A stretch of DNA of 64,000 nt, taken from NCBI GenBank assembly GCA_963827655.1, contig CAWHCF010000001.1, positions 1-64,000 of the forward strand. Direction: 5' to 3'. Shown piece by piece: positions 1 through 11,135 of this stretch. Source of the stretch: an uncultured Acidobacteriota bacterium (GTDB lineage: Bacteria > Acidobacteriota > UBA6911). A program made the position numbers and the translations under genes. Positions within the stretch are counted from its first letter, which is position 1. Each line of letters starts with the position of its first letter. The notes below the pieces were generated by a model. The model was not told where the DNA came from and searched no databases. It worked only from the letters and a program-made list of their open reading frames with translations.

Positions 1-324
1 CTTGACGTCAACCACCTGGTTGGCCTGGACCCTCACGTTTTCGCGGATGACCCTCTTGAAGCCGGACAGCTCCGCCCCCACCGCGTAGGTCCCGATGGCA
101 AGGTTGGGGAAGCTGAAGGTCCCAACCGAAGTCGACTGCTGGACGCGGGTCTCACGCGTATCGACGTTTGTCACCGTGACGGTGGCGCCCGGTATGACGG
201 CGCCGGTTTGATCTTTGACTTCTCCGTTGATAGTCCCCTGGATCCCTTGCGCCAAAGCTGCTTGGGAACCAAGGACCATCGCCAGAACCAGAGAAGCCAG
301 TTTCAGCAAGTAACGACTTGTCAT
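1..324 (-). CDS. TonB-dependent receptor-like protein, N-terminal part (signal peptide + carboxypeptidase regulatory-like domain); runs off the window start
   Basis: Manual translation MTSRYLLKLASLVLAMVLGSQAALAQGIQGTINGEVKDQTGAVIPGATVTVTN...GTFSFPNLAIGTYAVGAELSGFK; GGAGG RBS upstream; not in ORF track. Confidence 0.85.
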   Translation of the reverse strand, partial: MTSRYLLKLASLVLAMVLGSQAALAQGIQGTINGEVKDQTGAVIPGATVTVTNVDTRETRVQQSTSVGTFSFPNLAIGTYAVGAELSGFKRVIRENVRVQANQVVDVK

Positions 325-807
325 TGCGATAAAACCTCCATGAAAAAAAGAGCGACCGAACCTATGCGAATGAGTACGAAGGTTCGACAACCTCACACAA
401 TTCCCCACTCGGGGAGAAGGGCATTGACTAGCAAGATGTGCTCCAAAACCCGGTCCAGGATCGCGGTAACCCGAGCTAATCTCTATCACCCGAAGAAGAC
501 CGCACGCCAACATTCGAGCAATTACTTGAGATGCCCATAATTAAAGCTAGCTCGCAGCCGTCCTTAAGACGCAAGAACCGCGGACACGGTTTGCCCACTT
601 AAGGAAAAAATAACTTGCCGGCGTCTTGCCATTTTCTTATCCGGGATCGCCATGATTCAATTTTCAGAATCATAATCCAAGATTCAGGATGCCCTGTGAA
701 TTGTGCTTCCGGTCGAGTCCTGGGATGCTTCGCGCGTCGATCGAAGTAAGTTACTAAGACACTGATACTTATCCCACGATGCGACGCCGATTCGACAGGA
801 TTGGGCT

Positions 808-825
808 TTGGCATGGACCTTGCGT
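808..825 (+). promoter_or_regulatory. putative sigma-54 (-24/-12) promoter
   Basis: TTGGCATGGACCTTGCGT has GG-N10-GC spacing and matches TGGCAC-N5-TTGC; ~155 bp upstream of the TonB receptor gene. Confidence 0.55.
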
Positions 826-979
826 ATCAGGCATTGAAGCACGGCGATATTTTCTTTATTTCTCGCCGGAACGGCATTTGTAAGGCTTTTAGAAGTCTTC
901 ATTGAATGGGTGAACACCTCAAGAACGCGTGCAGCAGACTCTTTGTCAAGCAGGGCACGACTATCTACACAACGGAGAA

Positions 980-3900
980 ATGACAGAAATGCTCAAAAGA
1001 CAATCTCGCCAGAAATGGCTACCCCCAAGCTTTCTTCTGTGCGTCCTGATTGTATCCACCGGACTTTCCGCGTTCGGCCAGGGGACATCGGGCGCCATCA
1101 CGGGAATCGTGAAGGATTCCAGTGGCGCGGTGGTTCCGGGCGTGACCGTAGCGGTCCGAAACCTGGAGACGAATGCCACGCGCTCAACGATTTCTGAGGA
1201 AAACGGCAGGTACGACATTCAGGGCCTGCAATCAGGCCCCTATGAACTGACGGCGGAGGTCACCGGTTTCACCAAGTATGTCCGGTCGCCGATCAATCTG
1301 CTTCTCAACCAGGTCGCCGTCGTGAACCCCGAGTTGCGTCCAAGCGCCGTCGCGGAAACGGTCACGATAACGGCAGACGCTCCCCTGCTGAATGCAAGCA
1401 CACCTGAGGTCGGTGTGCGTTTTGACGAAAAACGGCTTACTGAATTGCCTAATCTGCCCCGCCAGGATGGCGGGGGCGGCGGTTTTCGAGACGTGTTCTC
1501 CTTCGCGCTCTCCGCGCCGGGAGTCAGCCAGCTCAACAGCGGGAATTCTGTTTTTGCCAGCGGCACGAATTTTTCTTCGAACGGCATGCGCCCGCGGGGC
1601 AACAACTTCATGGTTGATGGCCAGGACACCAATGACCCGAGCGTGACGGGCCGGCATCCAGGTGATGAACAACCCCGACATCGTCAAAGAGTTTCGCCTC
1701 GTGACCAACCAGTTCCTGGCCGAGCACGGCAGGGCGGCCGGCTCGATCGTCAACGTCACTACCAAAAGCGGAACCAACGACCTTCACGGTTCACTATTCT
1801 GGTTCAACAACAACAACGCGCTGAACTCGCTGAGCAACCTCGACAAGAGCGCGGGATTCACAGAAGCTCCTTTCCGGATCGAGAACCAGTTCGGCGGCAC
1901 CGCGGGCGGGCCGATCTGGAAGGACCACATGTTCTTCTTCGGCTCGCTCCAGCGCTGGACCGACCGGCAACTTGGGTCGGGCACCACGATTCGCGGCATT
2001 CCGACCGAGGCTGGCCGGCAGACGCTGCAGCAGGTAGCCGGTGGCCGTCCTCAGGTGCAGGCGCTGCTGAGGTTCCTGCCGGCGGCGACGAGTCCGATCG
2101 GCACCTCGCTTCCTGTGACCGTGGGCGGTCAAACCGTGCAGGTTGCACAGGGGTCGCTCACCAATTCGACCGGGATCTTATTCAATAACTGGCAATGGTC
2201 CGGCCGCATCGATCAGAATTTCGGCAACGCACTCACTGGGCGGACGTTATATTTTCAACGACAGCCTTCAATGACGGTAGCGGGCCAGGCGACCCCTCCA
2301 GGACTTACGACGCGACAACCTTCACGCCAGCAGGCGATGTCGCTCTTCTTGACCAGTACCCTGACCCCAAGGGTCCTCAACGAGGTGCGGGTTTCCTGGC
2401 AGCGATTGGGGAACTACGACCAATGCGCGGATGAGTCCTCGGAAGAGATTCCTTCGATCGAGATCCCTGAACTCGGACTTGACAGGTTTCAATGCTGCCG
2501 CCAGCCGGACGGCAATCGGCCTGGCGGTTAACCTGCCTCAGTTCCGGTACAACAACACTTACCAGCTTCAGGACACGGCCTCCTGGGTCAGCGGCAATCA
2601 TTCGGTCAAATTCGGCATCGACTTCCGGCGCAACCAGGTCAAGAGCTTTTTCTTCCCGACCATCCGCGGCCTGCGCTTTCCTATCCGACACTGCAGAACT
2701 TCGTCGATGACGTCCCCCAGGTAGCCGACATCAACAAGCCGCTCCCGGGCGGCGAAGAGATCCAGTACTACGACTGGTACGACTGGTATTACTTCGTCCA
2801 GGACACCTGGCGCCTGAGCTCGAGCTTCGTCCTCAACCTTGGATTGCGTTATGAACGTCCAGGGAACGCAATTGCCAGTCTGTACGAGGTAAACGATAAC
2901 ATCGTCCAGGTGAACGGCGGCGAACCCGGTCTTCCGGCTTGACGCCTCGCCCTAAGGACGACAACAACAATTTCCAGCCGCGTTTCGGCTTTAGCTGGAA
3001 TCCCCACACTGACCCGGGCGGATGGCTGGGTTGGCTGACCGGCGGCGACAAGTTCGTGTTCCGTGGCGGTTACGCCAGGACCAACGACTACCAGTTCATC
3101 AATCTTGCTCTGAATGTGGCCAGCTCGTTTCCCTTTGTGGCGGCCATCAGCATGCCCGGGTTGCCGAACGCGTTCACAATCTTGCCGGGCTTAGAACCTA
3201 GCCTGACAGCCGGCGGCAGCGGCAACGCTCACCCGCACCGTAGTATCCGAAGATTTTCGCGCTCCGGTGGCGGAGCAGTTTACCATTGAGATTCAGCGCC
3301 AGATGGCTCTCAACACGGTATTCCGGGTCGCGTACATTGGCACCAAGGGGTCGAGTCTGTTTCAAACGCTGGACGGCAACCCGCGCATCAATTGCCCGGG
3401 TGGAACGGCAGCGAATCCTTGCCCCCGCGTCGATCCGAGCCGCGGCGTGATCCGTCTGCGCGCCAACTCGGCTGCTTCCCTCTACCACTCGATGCAGGTC
3501 AGCGCGGACCGGCGTTTTGCCGCCGGTTTCAGCGGTGGCGCCCACTATACCTGGAGCAGTTATATTGACGATGCGTCGGATACCTTCAATCCATCGGCGC
3601 GCGGCGAGGTGGCGATATCGCAGGATTTCCTCAACCGCCGCGGCGATCGCGGCCGTTCCGCCTACGACCGGCCGCATCGTTTTGCGTCCAACTTCGTCTA
3701 TGAGCTTCCCTTCCACCGCGAACAGGCCGGCGTCGCCGGACATCTTCTGGGCGGCTGGCAGGTCAGTTCGTTCTTGACCTTTCAGAGCGGCTCACCTTTT
3801 TCAGCTCTCAATGGTTCGGATCCGGCGGTGTACTCGCCGGCATTTCCGGATTGGTGGGAGACGCGATCAGACCGAATCTCAACACTACGCTCGATGTCTC

Positions 3901-4220
3901 GCGGATGTCGGTCGAGGAGCTGAGTGCTGGCCGGCGGACAGTCCCTCTTCCAGTTAATTTCTGCAGGCCAGCGAATCGGTAATCTGGGGCGCAACACGCT
4001 GCGCAGCGATGGAGTCGGCAATATCGATCTGAGTATCGGCAAGCAGACGCGGATCGCGGAATCGCATCAGCTGATCTTCCGCTTCGACATGTTCAACATG
4101 ACCAATACGCGGAATTTCGGTATTCCGGAAGCGCGTGCCAACAACGTCGGCTTCGCAGACCAGTGGACCACCGACGGCGGCAACCGCAGAATGTTCTTCT
4201 CGCTGCGTTACACCTTCTAG
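980..4220 (+). CDS. TonB-dependent receptor (carboxypeptidase regulatory domain + plug + Oar-like beta-barrel), broken by multiple frameshifts
   Basis: ORF pieces 929-2188, 1662-2531, 2431-2724, 2939-3289, 3267-3923, 3924-4220 give GIVKDSSGAVVPGVTV, NNFMVDGQD, VNVTTKSGTNDLHGS, NNFQPRFGFSW and C-terminal LRYTF (terminal Phe). Confidence 0.9.
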
Positions 4221-4234
4221 CACATCCTTCGGAT

Positions 4235-4280
4235 CTTCGCGTCTTGGCGGTCGAGTCACTCTCACCGCCAAGACGCGAAG
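4235..4280. repeat. 17-bp inverted repeat hairpin of the dispersed repeat family; may also act as a terminator
   Basis: CTTCGCGTCTTGGCGGT (4235-4251) and ACCGCCAAGACGCGAAG (4264-4280) are perfect reverse complements. Confidence 0.9.
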
Positions 4281-4293
4281 CCGCCTCAAAACT

Positions 4294-4346
4294 TCACACC
4301 TCCAGTCCCACCGATCGCATCAGCTCCAGCGCATTGCTCTTGCGTA
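4294..4346 (-). repeat. orphan duplicate of the last 53 bp of the mutS-like gene
   Basis: Matches 4990-5042 with 2 mismatches; encodes RKSNALELMRSVGLEV-stop. Confidence 0.95.
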
Positions 4347-4417
4347 TGTCGGCCCTCAAGCCCGAAGACGTCGCGATAATCCGTGGAGTTCGAAAACCTT
4401 GAGATCCCCAGTTATTT

Positions 4418-4427
4418 TGTATATACA
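4418..4427. promoter_or_regulatory. palindromic operator candidate for BrnTA autoregulation
   Basis: TGTATATACA palindrome 6 nt before the brnT ATG. Confidence 0.45.
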
Positions 4428-4433
4428 TAATCG

Positions 4434-4720
4434 ATGTTCGATTGGGATCCCCGAAAGGCGAGAGCGAATCAGATCAAACACGGGGTTCCATTTGAAGAAG
4501 CGGCCACGGCCTTTCTTGACCCTGATGGATTGGATGGCGAAGATCTGGAGCATTCAGCGAGCGAGCGTCGCCGGTTGCGCCTGGCTAAAAGCAGTTTGGG
4601 AGAGTACTGGTTATCGCTTATACCCAAAGGAGACGTGACAATGAAGAAATCACACGGATTATCAGCGCGAGGCGAGCGAACCGGAAAGAAAGGAAGGCCT
4701 ACGAGGTCAAAGAAGATTGA
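4434..4720 (+). CDS. brnT: BrnT-family toxin (1-nt frameshift at the G-run ~4598-4600)
   Basis: FDWDPRKARANQIKHGVPFEEA; the shifted frame continues RVLVIAYTQR...TRIISARRANRKERKAYEVKED-stop (TGA 4718-4720). Confidence 0.85.
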
Positions 4721-4934
4721 CTTTTCCGACATTCCGGAGCTTTCGGAAAACCAACTTTCTCGGATGCGCCGAATAGGAAGGCCAACGCTCGGGGATGAAC
4801 CAAGAAGGCTCATCGCAATCCGGGTGGACGCGAAGGTATTGGAGTGGTTGCGAAAAACAGCTGAGGAAATGGGCGTTCCTTACCAGTCGCTCGTGAACCA
4901 GATTTTGGCCGAGGAAATGAGAAAAGCAAGCTAG
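4641..4934 (+). CDS. brnA: BrnA-family antitoxin
   Basis: MKKSH...IDFSDIPELS...IAIRVDAKVLEWLR...PYQSLVNQIL; AGGAG RBS upstream; overlaps the toxin end. Confidence 0.85.
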   Translation: MKKSHGLSARGERTGKKGRPTRSKKIDFSDIPELSENQLSRMRRIGRPTLGDEPRRLIAIRVDAKVLEWLRKTAEEMGVPYQSLVNQILAEEMRKAS

Positions 4935-4989
4935 CTGGTCACTTCCTCGGTTGCGGCAGGTCATCGTACCGCCAAGACGCGAAACCGTC

Positions 4990-6762
4990 TCACACCTCTA
5001 ATCCCACCGATCGCATCAGCTCCAGCGCATTGCTCTTGCGTACGATCCCGGGACGCATCACGTAGTCGAATACGATCTTTCCATCTTCGATGTGGTCCTG
5101 GAAATGGACGTTCGCGGCGCGTGGCCCCAGAGCCTCGGCAATTTCCGCCAGGGCCAGGTCGTGCGTCGTGAAAAGCCCCACCGCGCCGCGATCCACGAGG
5201 CCCCGAACGACGGCTTCGGCTCCAATGCGGCGGTCATGTGAATTGGTGCCGTGAAGCAGCTCGTCAAGCAGGAAGAGCAGGGGAAATGCCCCCTTCGTCA
5301 TGTCCACCAGCTGGCGCAGGCGAGTAATTTCGGCGTAAAACCTGGAACTTCCGGCCTGCAGGGAATCCACGATCCGGATGGAGGCGCCGACCGAAAGAGG
5401 CGAGAGCCGAAGCCCGGCCGCGCGCACGGGCGCTCCCGCGAAGGCGAGCACGGCATTCGTGCCCACCGTCCGGAGCAGGGTGCTCTTACCGGACATGTTG
5501 GAACCACTGACCAGAAGCACTCGCAGTTCGCCGCCCAGCCGGACGTCGTTGCGCACGCACAGGTCTACGGGAAGCAGAGGATGGCCCAGCCCCTCACCCT
5601 CGAAGCAAATTCCCTGCTCCACAAGCTCAGGAAAGGGATCGGCCGGGTGCTCGTATCCATATCCTGACAGGGCGCAGAGAGCCTCGAATTCCCCCACGGC
5701 CGCAAGCCACCGTCCCACGGCCGGCCCGGAAATCCTGCGCCAGTTCTCGATCGCAATTGCGAACTGGGTAGACCAGAGGAGCAGAAAGGCAATGGGCGCA
5801 AATAACTGGTTGCGCTGGGCGTCAAGCAGATCTACCAGACGCCGGAGCCGTGCGATTTGACGCGACGGGGGCGAGCCCGCCGTGTCAAGCTCCGCGCGAA
5901 GACTGAGCAGCCTTGGACTGGCAAAAGGCTCGCGCTCGAGCCGCGCCAGAACCTGAGAGAGGAGCGCCAGGTCGCGTCCAGGCCGCTCCACGGCGCTGAC
6001 CACTTGCATAGTCGGGATCCGCAAGCGCAGCCAGAACGCCGCTTCGAGAAGAAGCGTTATCTGGAACCAGACGGAAGTGAATCCCAGAACGAGCCACAGA
6101 AAAAGAGCGAGCACGGTGAGGAAAGCGAGCGGAGTTGCGACGATGCGGGTCCAGCCCGGGAATACAACCGCGGGCGCCGTGCCCCAGGCGGCAAGCGCGT
6201 CCGGCTCGAGTCCGGAGCGCAAGTCGTCTCCGAGCAGCGCAAGCTCCTCGCGCAGGTCGATCCTGGGAGTCAGTTCGGCGACGGCGCTCTGACGGGCGCG
6301 AGCCTCCGCCGCGCCGGCCGGCAATCGCAGCCAGCGCGCGAGCGCGTCTTCACCGGCCCGCGTCCGCGCCGTGCAGATCAGCTCGAACAGCGACCCATGG
6401 CCGAAAAGATCCAGGTCCCGGGCGTAAGGGTGTTGATCATCGATGTAGCATTCGCCCTTTTCTCCGGTTCCCGCCCACCGGTTCTCGAGCCTGGCAATCC
6501 CTCGATCGTAAAAAGTAGCTGCGCGATCGAGACGGCGGCGCGCCTGGAGCACGCGCTCGTGAATGACAACCAGAACGAAAAAAACTATCGCCGGCAGCGC
6601 CAGCCACCAGGGCGAGAGCGCGGCGCGCACAAAGGAAAGCCAGGCCAGCGTCCCAGCCGCAACGAAGAGAGCTAGTCGCCAGTTACCGATCGTCTTGTGA
6701 ATGCGATCGAGTCGGGCCGAGGCTGAACGTCGCGCCTCGAGACGGCGGGCATACTCGTGGAT
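4990..6762 (-). CDS. membrane-anchored MutS-related ATPase (MutS domain V-type)
   Basis: GSNMSGKST, S-RFYAEI, LLDELLHGTNSHDR, TTHDL; the frame stays open upstream of 6630 (EYARRLEARR...WRLALFV) but has no clean start codon. Confidence 0.85.
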   Translation of the reverse strand: MHEYARRLEARRSASARLDRIHKTIGNWRLALFVAAGTLAWLSFVRAALSPWWLALPAIVFFVLVVIHERVLQARRRLDRAATFYDRGIARLENRWAGTGEKGECYIDDQHPYARDLDLFGHGSLFELICTARTRAGEDALARWLRLPAGAAEARARQSAVAELTPRIDLREELALLGDDLRSGLEPDALAAWGTAPAVVFPGWTRIVATPLAFLTVLALFLWLVLGFTSVWFQITLLLEAAFWLRLRIPTMQVVSAVERPGRDLALLSQVLARLEREPFASPRLLSLRAELDTAGSPPSRQIARLRRLVDLLDAQRNQLFAPIAFLLLWSTQFAIAIENWRRISGPAVGRWLAAVGEFEALCALSGYGYEHPADPFPELVEQGICFEGEGLGHPLLPVDLCVRNDVRLGGELRVLLVSGSNMSGKSTLLRTVGTNAVLAFAGAPVRAAGLRLSPLSVGASIRIVDSLQAGSSRFYAEITRLRQLVDMTKGAFPLLFLLDELLHGTNSHDRRIGAEAVVRGLVDRGAVGLFTTHDLALAEIAEALGPRAANVHFQDHIEDGKIVFDYVMRPGIVRKSNALELMRSVGLEV

Positions 6763-6764
6763 GG

Positions 6765-6856
6765 GAAATTCGGGGACAGGCTCCTAATTGCGTTGTTAAA
6801 CACCAGTCTTTTGGTCGCTCCCTAACCGCGCAATTAGGAGCCTGTCCCCGAATTTC
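6765..6856. repeat. 92-bp MITE/REP-like element with perfect 28-bp inverted arms
   Basis: GAAATTCGGGGACAGGCTCCTAATTGCG (6765-6792) / CGCAATTAGGAGCCTGTCCCCGAATTTC (6829-6856). Confidence 0.9.
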
Positions 6857-8110
6857 TATCCCTGGACGTCGTAGCAGGCGAGCACACCCTGGTTGCGGAT
6901 GTAAAGCTTGCCCTCGCACACAACCGGGTGCGCCCAGCTGGGCCGACCTTGATCCTCGATCGTGAAGCGGCCCTTCTCCTTGTACCCCTCGGGCGTGGCT
7001 TCCGCGAGTCCCACGACGTTGTTCTCACTGAACAAGTAGAGGTGTCCGTCGGCAAACGTGAGCGACCCCTTGCCCACGCTCCGATCTTTCCACATTGCTT
7101 TGCCGGTCTCGAATTCCATGCAGGTGAGGATGGCGTTGGAAAAGCCGTAGAGGTGGCCGCCAACCAGCACAACCCCGCCGTGATGATTTTGCATTTCCTT
7201 GCTGAAATAGATCTCCTGGGCCTTGACCTCGCCTCCTTCGGTCTTCAATCCGAGGAGCGCGCAACCCGTCCCATAGGCGCTGGTGTAAAAGACCTTGTTC
7301 TGATGAAAAATCGGCGTCGTAATATTGGCCGTGCGGTTGGCGACCGAGGGATAGCTCCACATCAGCTTGCCATCGGAGGCGCGGACTCCCACCCCGGCCA
7401 GAGAGGTTAACCCGATGATGGTTCGGACCCCGCCCACGTCAACCGCGATGCACGATGAATATCCCGCCGGATCACCCAAATCGCCGCTGGTCCAGATCGT
7501 CTTGCCGGTCATCTTGTCCAGCGCTACGATCCCGGCGCGCTCGCCCGGGCCCACCTTCTCCGCCCGGTGTCACAATCAGCCGGTTTCCGTCGATAAGCGG
7601 CGATTCGCTGATCAGCCAGCGGGGATTGCGCCCCTTGAAATCCACCAGGATGTTGCGGCTCCAGATCACGGAACCGTCTTCTGCTTTCAGACAGGCCAGG
7701 TCGCCGTTCTCCGTCAGAACATAAACGCGATTGGCTTCCAGCGTTGGCGTGCCCCGCGGTCCGCTCCCGCGATCGTGGTTCAGAGTTGGACCCAGAGCCT
7801 TAGTCCAGACGATCTTTCCGTTTGAACGGTTCAGACAGAAGACGACGCTTTCATTATTCAGCGTCCCCTGCACGAAGATCCGGTCCCCTTTGATGGAGAC
7901 CGTACCGTAGCCCGCTCCCAGACCGGAGATCGACCAGAGTCTGGGCGGCCCGTCCGGGGGCCACTGCTTGAGCAACCCCGTCTCTTTCGAGAGATTGGTT
8001 CGATCGGGTCCCTGCCACTGCGGCCAGTCGGGTTCGGCCGCCAAAGCACCCAGAACGCAGCACAACGCAAGAATCGAGAGCATGAAACCCAATGAACGCG
8101 GATGAGTCAT
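6856..8110 (-). CDS. PQQ-binding-like beta-propeller protein (BamB-like), frameshift ~7555
   Basis: Signal peptide, [15 protein letters not shown] and GKLMW repeats, [14 protein letters not shown]. Confidence 0.85.
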
Positions 8111-11027
8111 GAGAGGCTCCTTGGCGTCTTCGTGTCTTCGCGGTTAGAATGGCGAACACTCAATAACTGGCGCAGCACATAGGGAAGGATACCGCCATGC
8201 CGGTAGTAGTCGGCCTCGATCGGCGTATCAATCCGTATCTTCAACGGTACTTCTTCAATTTTGCCGTTCTGGCGGCGAACGACCAGCGTGATATCCTGGC
8301 GCGGCTTCACTCTATGCTCCAGGCCGGCGATATCGAACGTCTCGGTGCCGTCCAGTCGCAGGGTCTGCGCGCTTGTCCCCTCGTAGAACTGACAAGGTAT
8401 GACGCCCATCCCGACCAGATTGCTCCGGTGAATGCGCTCGAAGCTCCGGGCCACGACCGCCCCGACACCCAGGAGACGCGTGCCTTTGGCTGCCCAATCG
8501 CGCGAACTTCCGGTCCCGTACTCCTGGCCGGCGAAGACCACCAGAGGGACCCCCTCTTGCTGGTACCGCATCGCGGCGTCATACAGGCTCATGCGTTCGC
8601 CATCAGGCTGGTGCACCGTCACGCCGCCCTCGACCCCGGGAACCATTAGATTCTTGATCCGGACGTTGGCAAATGTCCCTCGCACCATTACTTGATGGTT
8701 GCCGCGGCGTGCCCCGTAGCTGTTGAATTCGTGTGCCGGAACACCCTGGTTCAAGGAGGTACACTCCTGCCGGAGAAGTCGGTTTAATCGCGCCGGCCGG
8801 GCTGATGTGATCGGTCGTGACCGAATCACCGAAAATTGCCAGCGCGCGGGCCTTCTGTATGCTTCCGGTCGGACCGGGCTCCATGCTGAACCCTTCGAAG
8901 TACGGCGGCTCCTGGATGTACGTGGAATTCGGATCCCAGTCGTACACGGAACCAATGCTGGTCGGAATCTGGTTCCACACGGGATTCTGCTCGGCAAAGG
9001 TTCCGTACAGCCTTCGATAAGTCTCGGGATCGAAGGCCGACTTCAGCAACTCGCGCACTTCCCCAAGGTCTGGCCAGATATCCTTCAAGTACACGCCGGC
9101 GCCGTCTTCCCCGCGGCCGATCGGCTCTCGGGCCATATCGATATCGATCCGGCCCGCGAGCGCGAAGGCTACCACCAGCGGCGGGCTCATCAAGAAGTTC
9201 GCCTTCACCGACTGATGCACCCGAGCCTCAAAGTTCCGATTGCCGCTCAGGACGCTGGCCGCGATCAGGTCGTGCCTGGTGACCACCTCCTCGATCACCG
9301 GATCGAGAGGGCCGGAGTTGCCGATGCAGGTCGTGCAGCCGTAGCCGACCAGGTTGAATCCGATCTGATTGAGATAAGTCTGAAGCCCGGTCCTTTCAAG
9401 ATAATCGGTGACCACGCGCGAGCCGGGGGCCAGCGAGGCTTTGACGGTCGGGGGAAGCGACAGGCCTTTCTCTACCGCCTTCTTGGCCAGCAGTCCCGCT
9501 GCCAGCATTACACTCGGGTTCGAGGTGTTGGTGCACGAAGTGATCGCCGCAATCACGACGTCGCCGTGGCCGAGATCGACATTCGCCCTGGGAAACTCGT
9601 CGTCTCGAATCTCCTGAATCAAGTCGGCTGTAGGGCGGTTATTTATCATTTCGGTCTCGGTCCAGATACTGGTGTTCACGGGCGCTCACGCCCCCCGCTC
9701 CCGCCGGCACGGCTTCGGCTTCCTGTCTCCCTCCCCCGGCAAGCGGGCGGGGCGCCGCACTCCTGCGAACCCCGATAGTGGCGGGATAGGTCTTGTCAAT
9801 ATCGTCCCTGGTCTTGCTATAGCCGCTTTCACTGACCGGCTTCTGGAGTATTTCGCGGAAGCGCTCCTTGAGAACCGAAAGCGCTATGCGATCCTGCGGG
9901 CGTTTCGGACCGGACACGCTCGGTTCGACTTCATGCAGGTCAAGCTCCACCAGAGTGCTGTACGCGCATTCATTCTTGCGCGGGATGCCAAACATTCCTT
10001 GAGCCGTGAAATAAGCGCGCACCAGTTCGACCTGCTCCTCGGTTCGCCCGGTCGCTTTGAGATAAGCGCAGGTTTCCTGGTCGACCGGGAAGAGCCCCAT
10101 GGTCGCGCCATACTCCGGTGACATGTTCGCGATGGTGGCTCGATCGGGCACCGACAGGGTGGCGGCTCCCTCGCCGTGAAACTCGACAAATTTACCCACC
10201 ACATTTGCCTGGCGCAGCATCTGGGTTACATGCAGAACAAGATCCGTGGCGCTGACTCCGTCGCGAAGCTTTCCGCTCATATGGACACCCACGACGTCGG
10301 GCGTGAGAAAATAGACCGGTTGTCCGAGCATGCCCGCCTCGGCTTCAATCCCGCCGACGCCCCACCCCACGATCCCGAGACCATTGATCATGGTCGTGTG
10401 CGAGTCGGTGCCGACCAGCGTGTCCGGATAACAAAGCCCATCTTTCTCGAGCACCCCTTTTGCCAGATATTCCAGATTCACCTGGTGGCAAATACCGATT
10501 CCGGGCGGCACGACACTGAAATGGTTGAAGGCCTGCATTCCCCATTTCAGGAATTGATAGCGCGCGAGATTGCGTTTGAACTCCATCTCCATGTTCAGCT
10601 TGAACGCGTCGCTTGTGCTTGAAAAATCGACCTGGACCGAATGGTCGATCACCAGGTCCACAGGCACCAGCGGCTCAATCATCTTCGGATCGCGGCCCAG
10701 CCGGCCCACCGCGGAACGCATCGCGGCGAGATCGACGAGCAATGGCACCCCGGTGAAGTCCTGCAGGAGGATGCGCGCCACCACGAACGGAATCTCATGA
10801 GTTCTTTCGGCATTCGCGCTCCATCCGGCCAGAGTCCGAACGTCGTCCTCGGTTATTCGCTTGCCGTCGTAATTGCGCAGAACCGATTCCAGGACTATGC
10901 GGATGCTGACGGGGAGCCTGGAAATCGATCCTACCCCTTCTTTCTCCAGTTGAGGCAGCGAATGAAACTGCCGGGGGCCTTTCGAGGTTTCGAAGCTCTG
11001 GAGAGAGTGGAACAGATTATGTGTCAT
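8107..11027 (-). CDS. acnA: aconitate hydratase AcnA (frameshifts ~9680 and ~8750-8830)
   Basis: [64 protein letters not shown]. Confidence 0.95.
8120..8145. repeat. dispersed repeat family copy inside the acnA 3' end
   Basis: CTTGGCGTCTTCGTGTCTTCGCGGTT. Confidence 0.8.
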
Positions 11028-11083
11028 AAGAGTCTTTCACGATTGGATGTTACCCAACTACTTGTTTCTTCGGCAAGGTCTAG

Positions 11084-11134
11084 CGTTTCTTTCGTGTCTT
11101 GGTCGGTAGTTGTTCCTTGACCACGAAGACACGG
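11084..11134. repeat. dispersed repeat family copy (palindromic)
   Basis: TTTCGTGTCTTGGTCGGTAG...ACCACGAAGACACG. Confidence 0.75.
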
Positions 11135-11135
11135 A

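Noticed and set aside
3915-3930. In-frame TGA in the TonB receptor as a recoding (selenocysteine) site
   Set aside because: It is explained by neighbouring indels; no SECIS-like context was seen and the site is not a Cys position.
4434-4934. Apparent BrnT-BrnA fusion protein (166 aa ORF)
   Set aside because: One extra G at ~4600 restores a complete BrnT with its RIISAR motif, and BrnA has its own RBS and ATG; probably an indel artefact.
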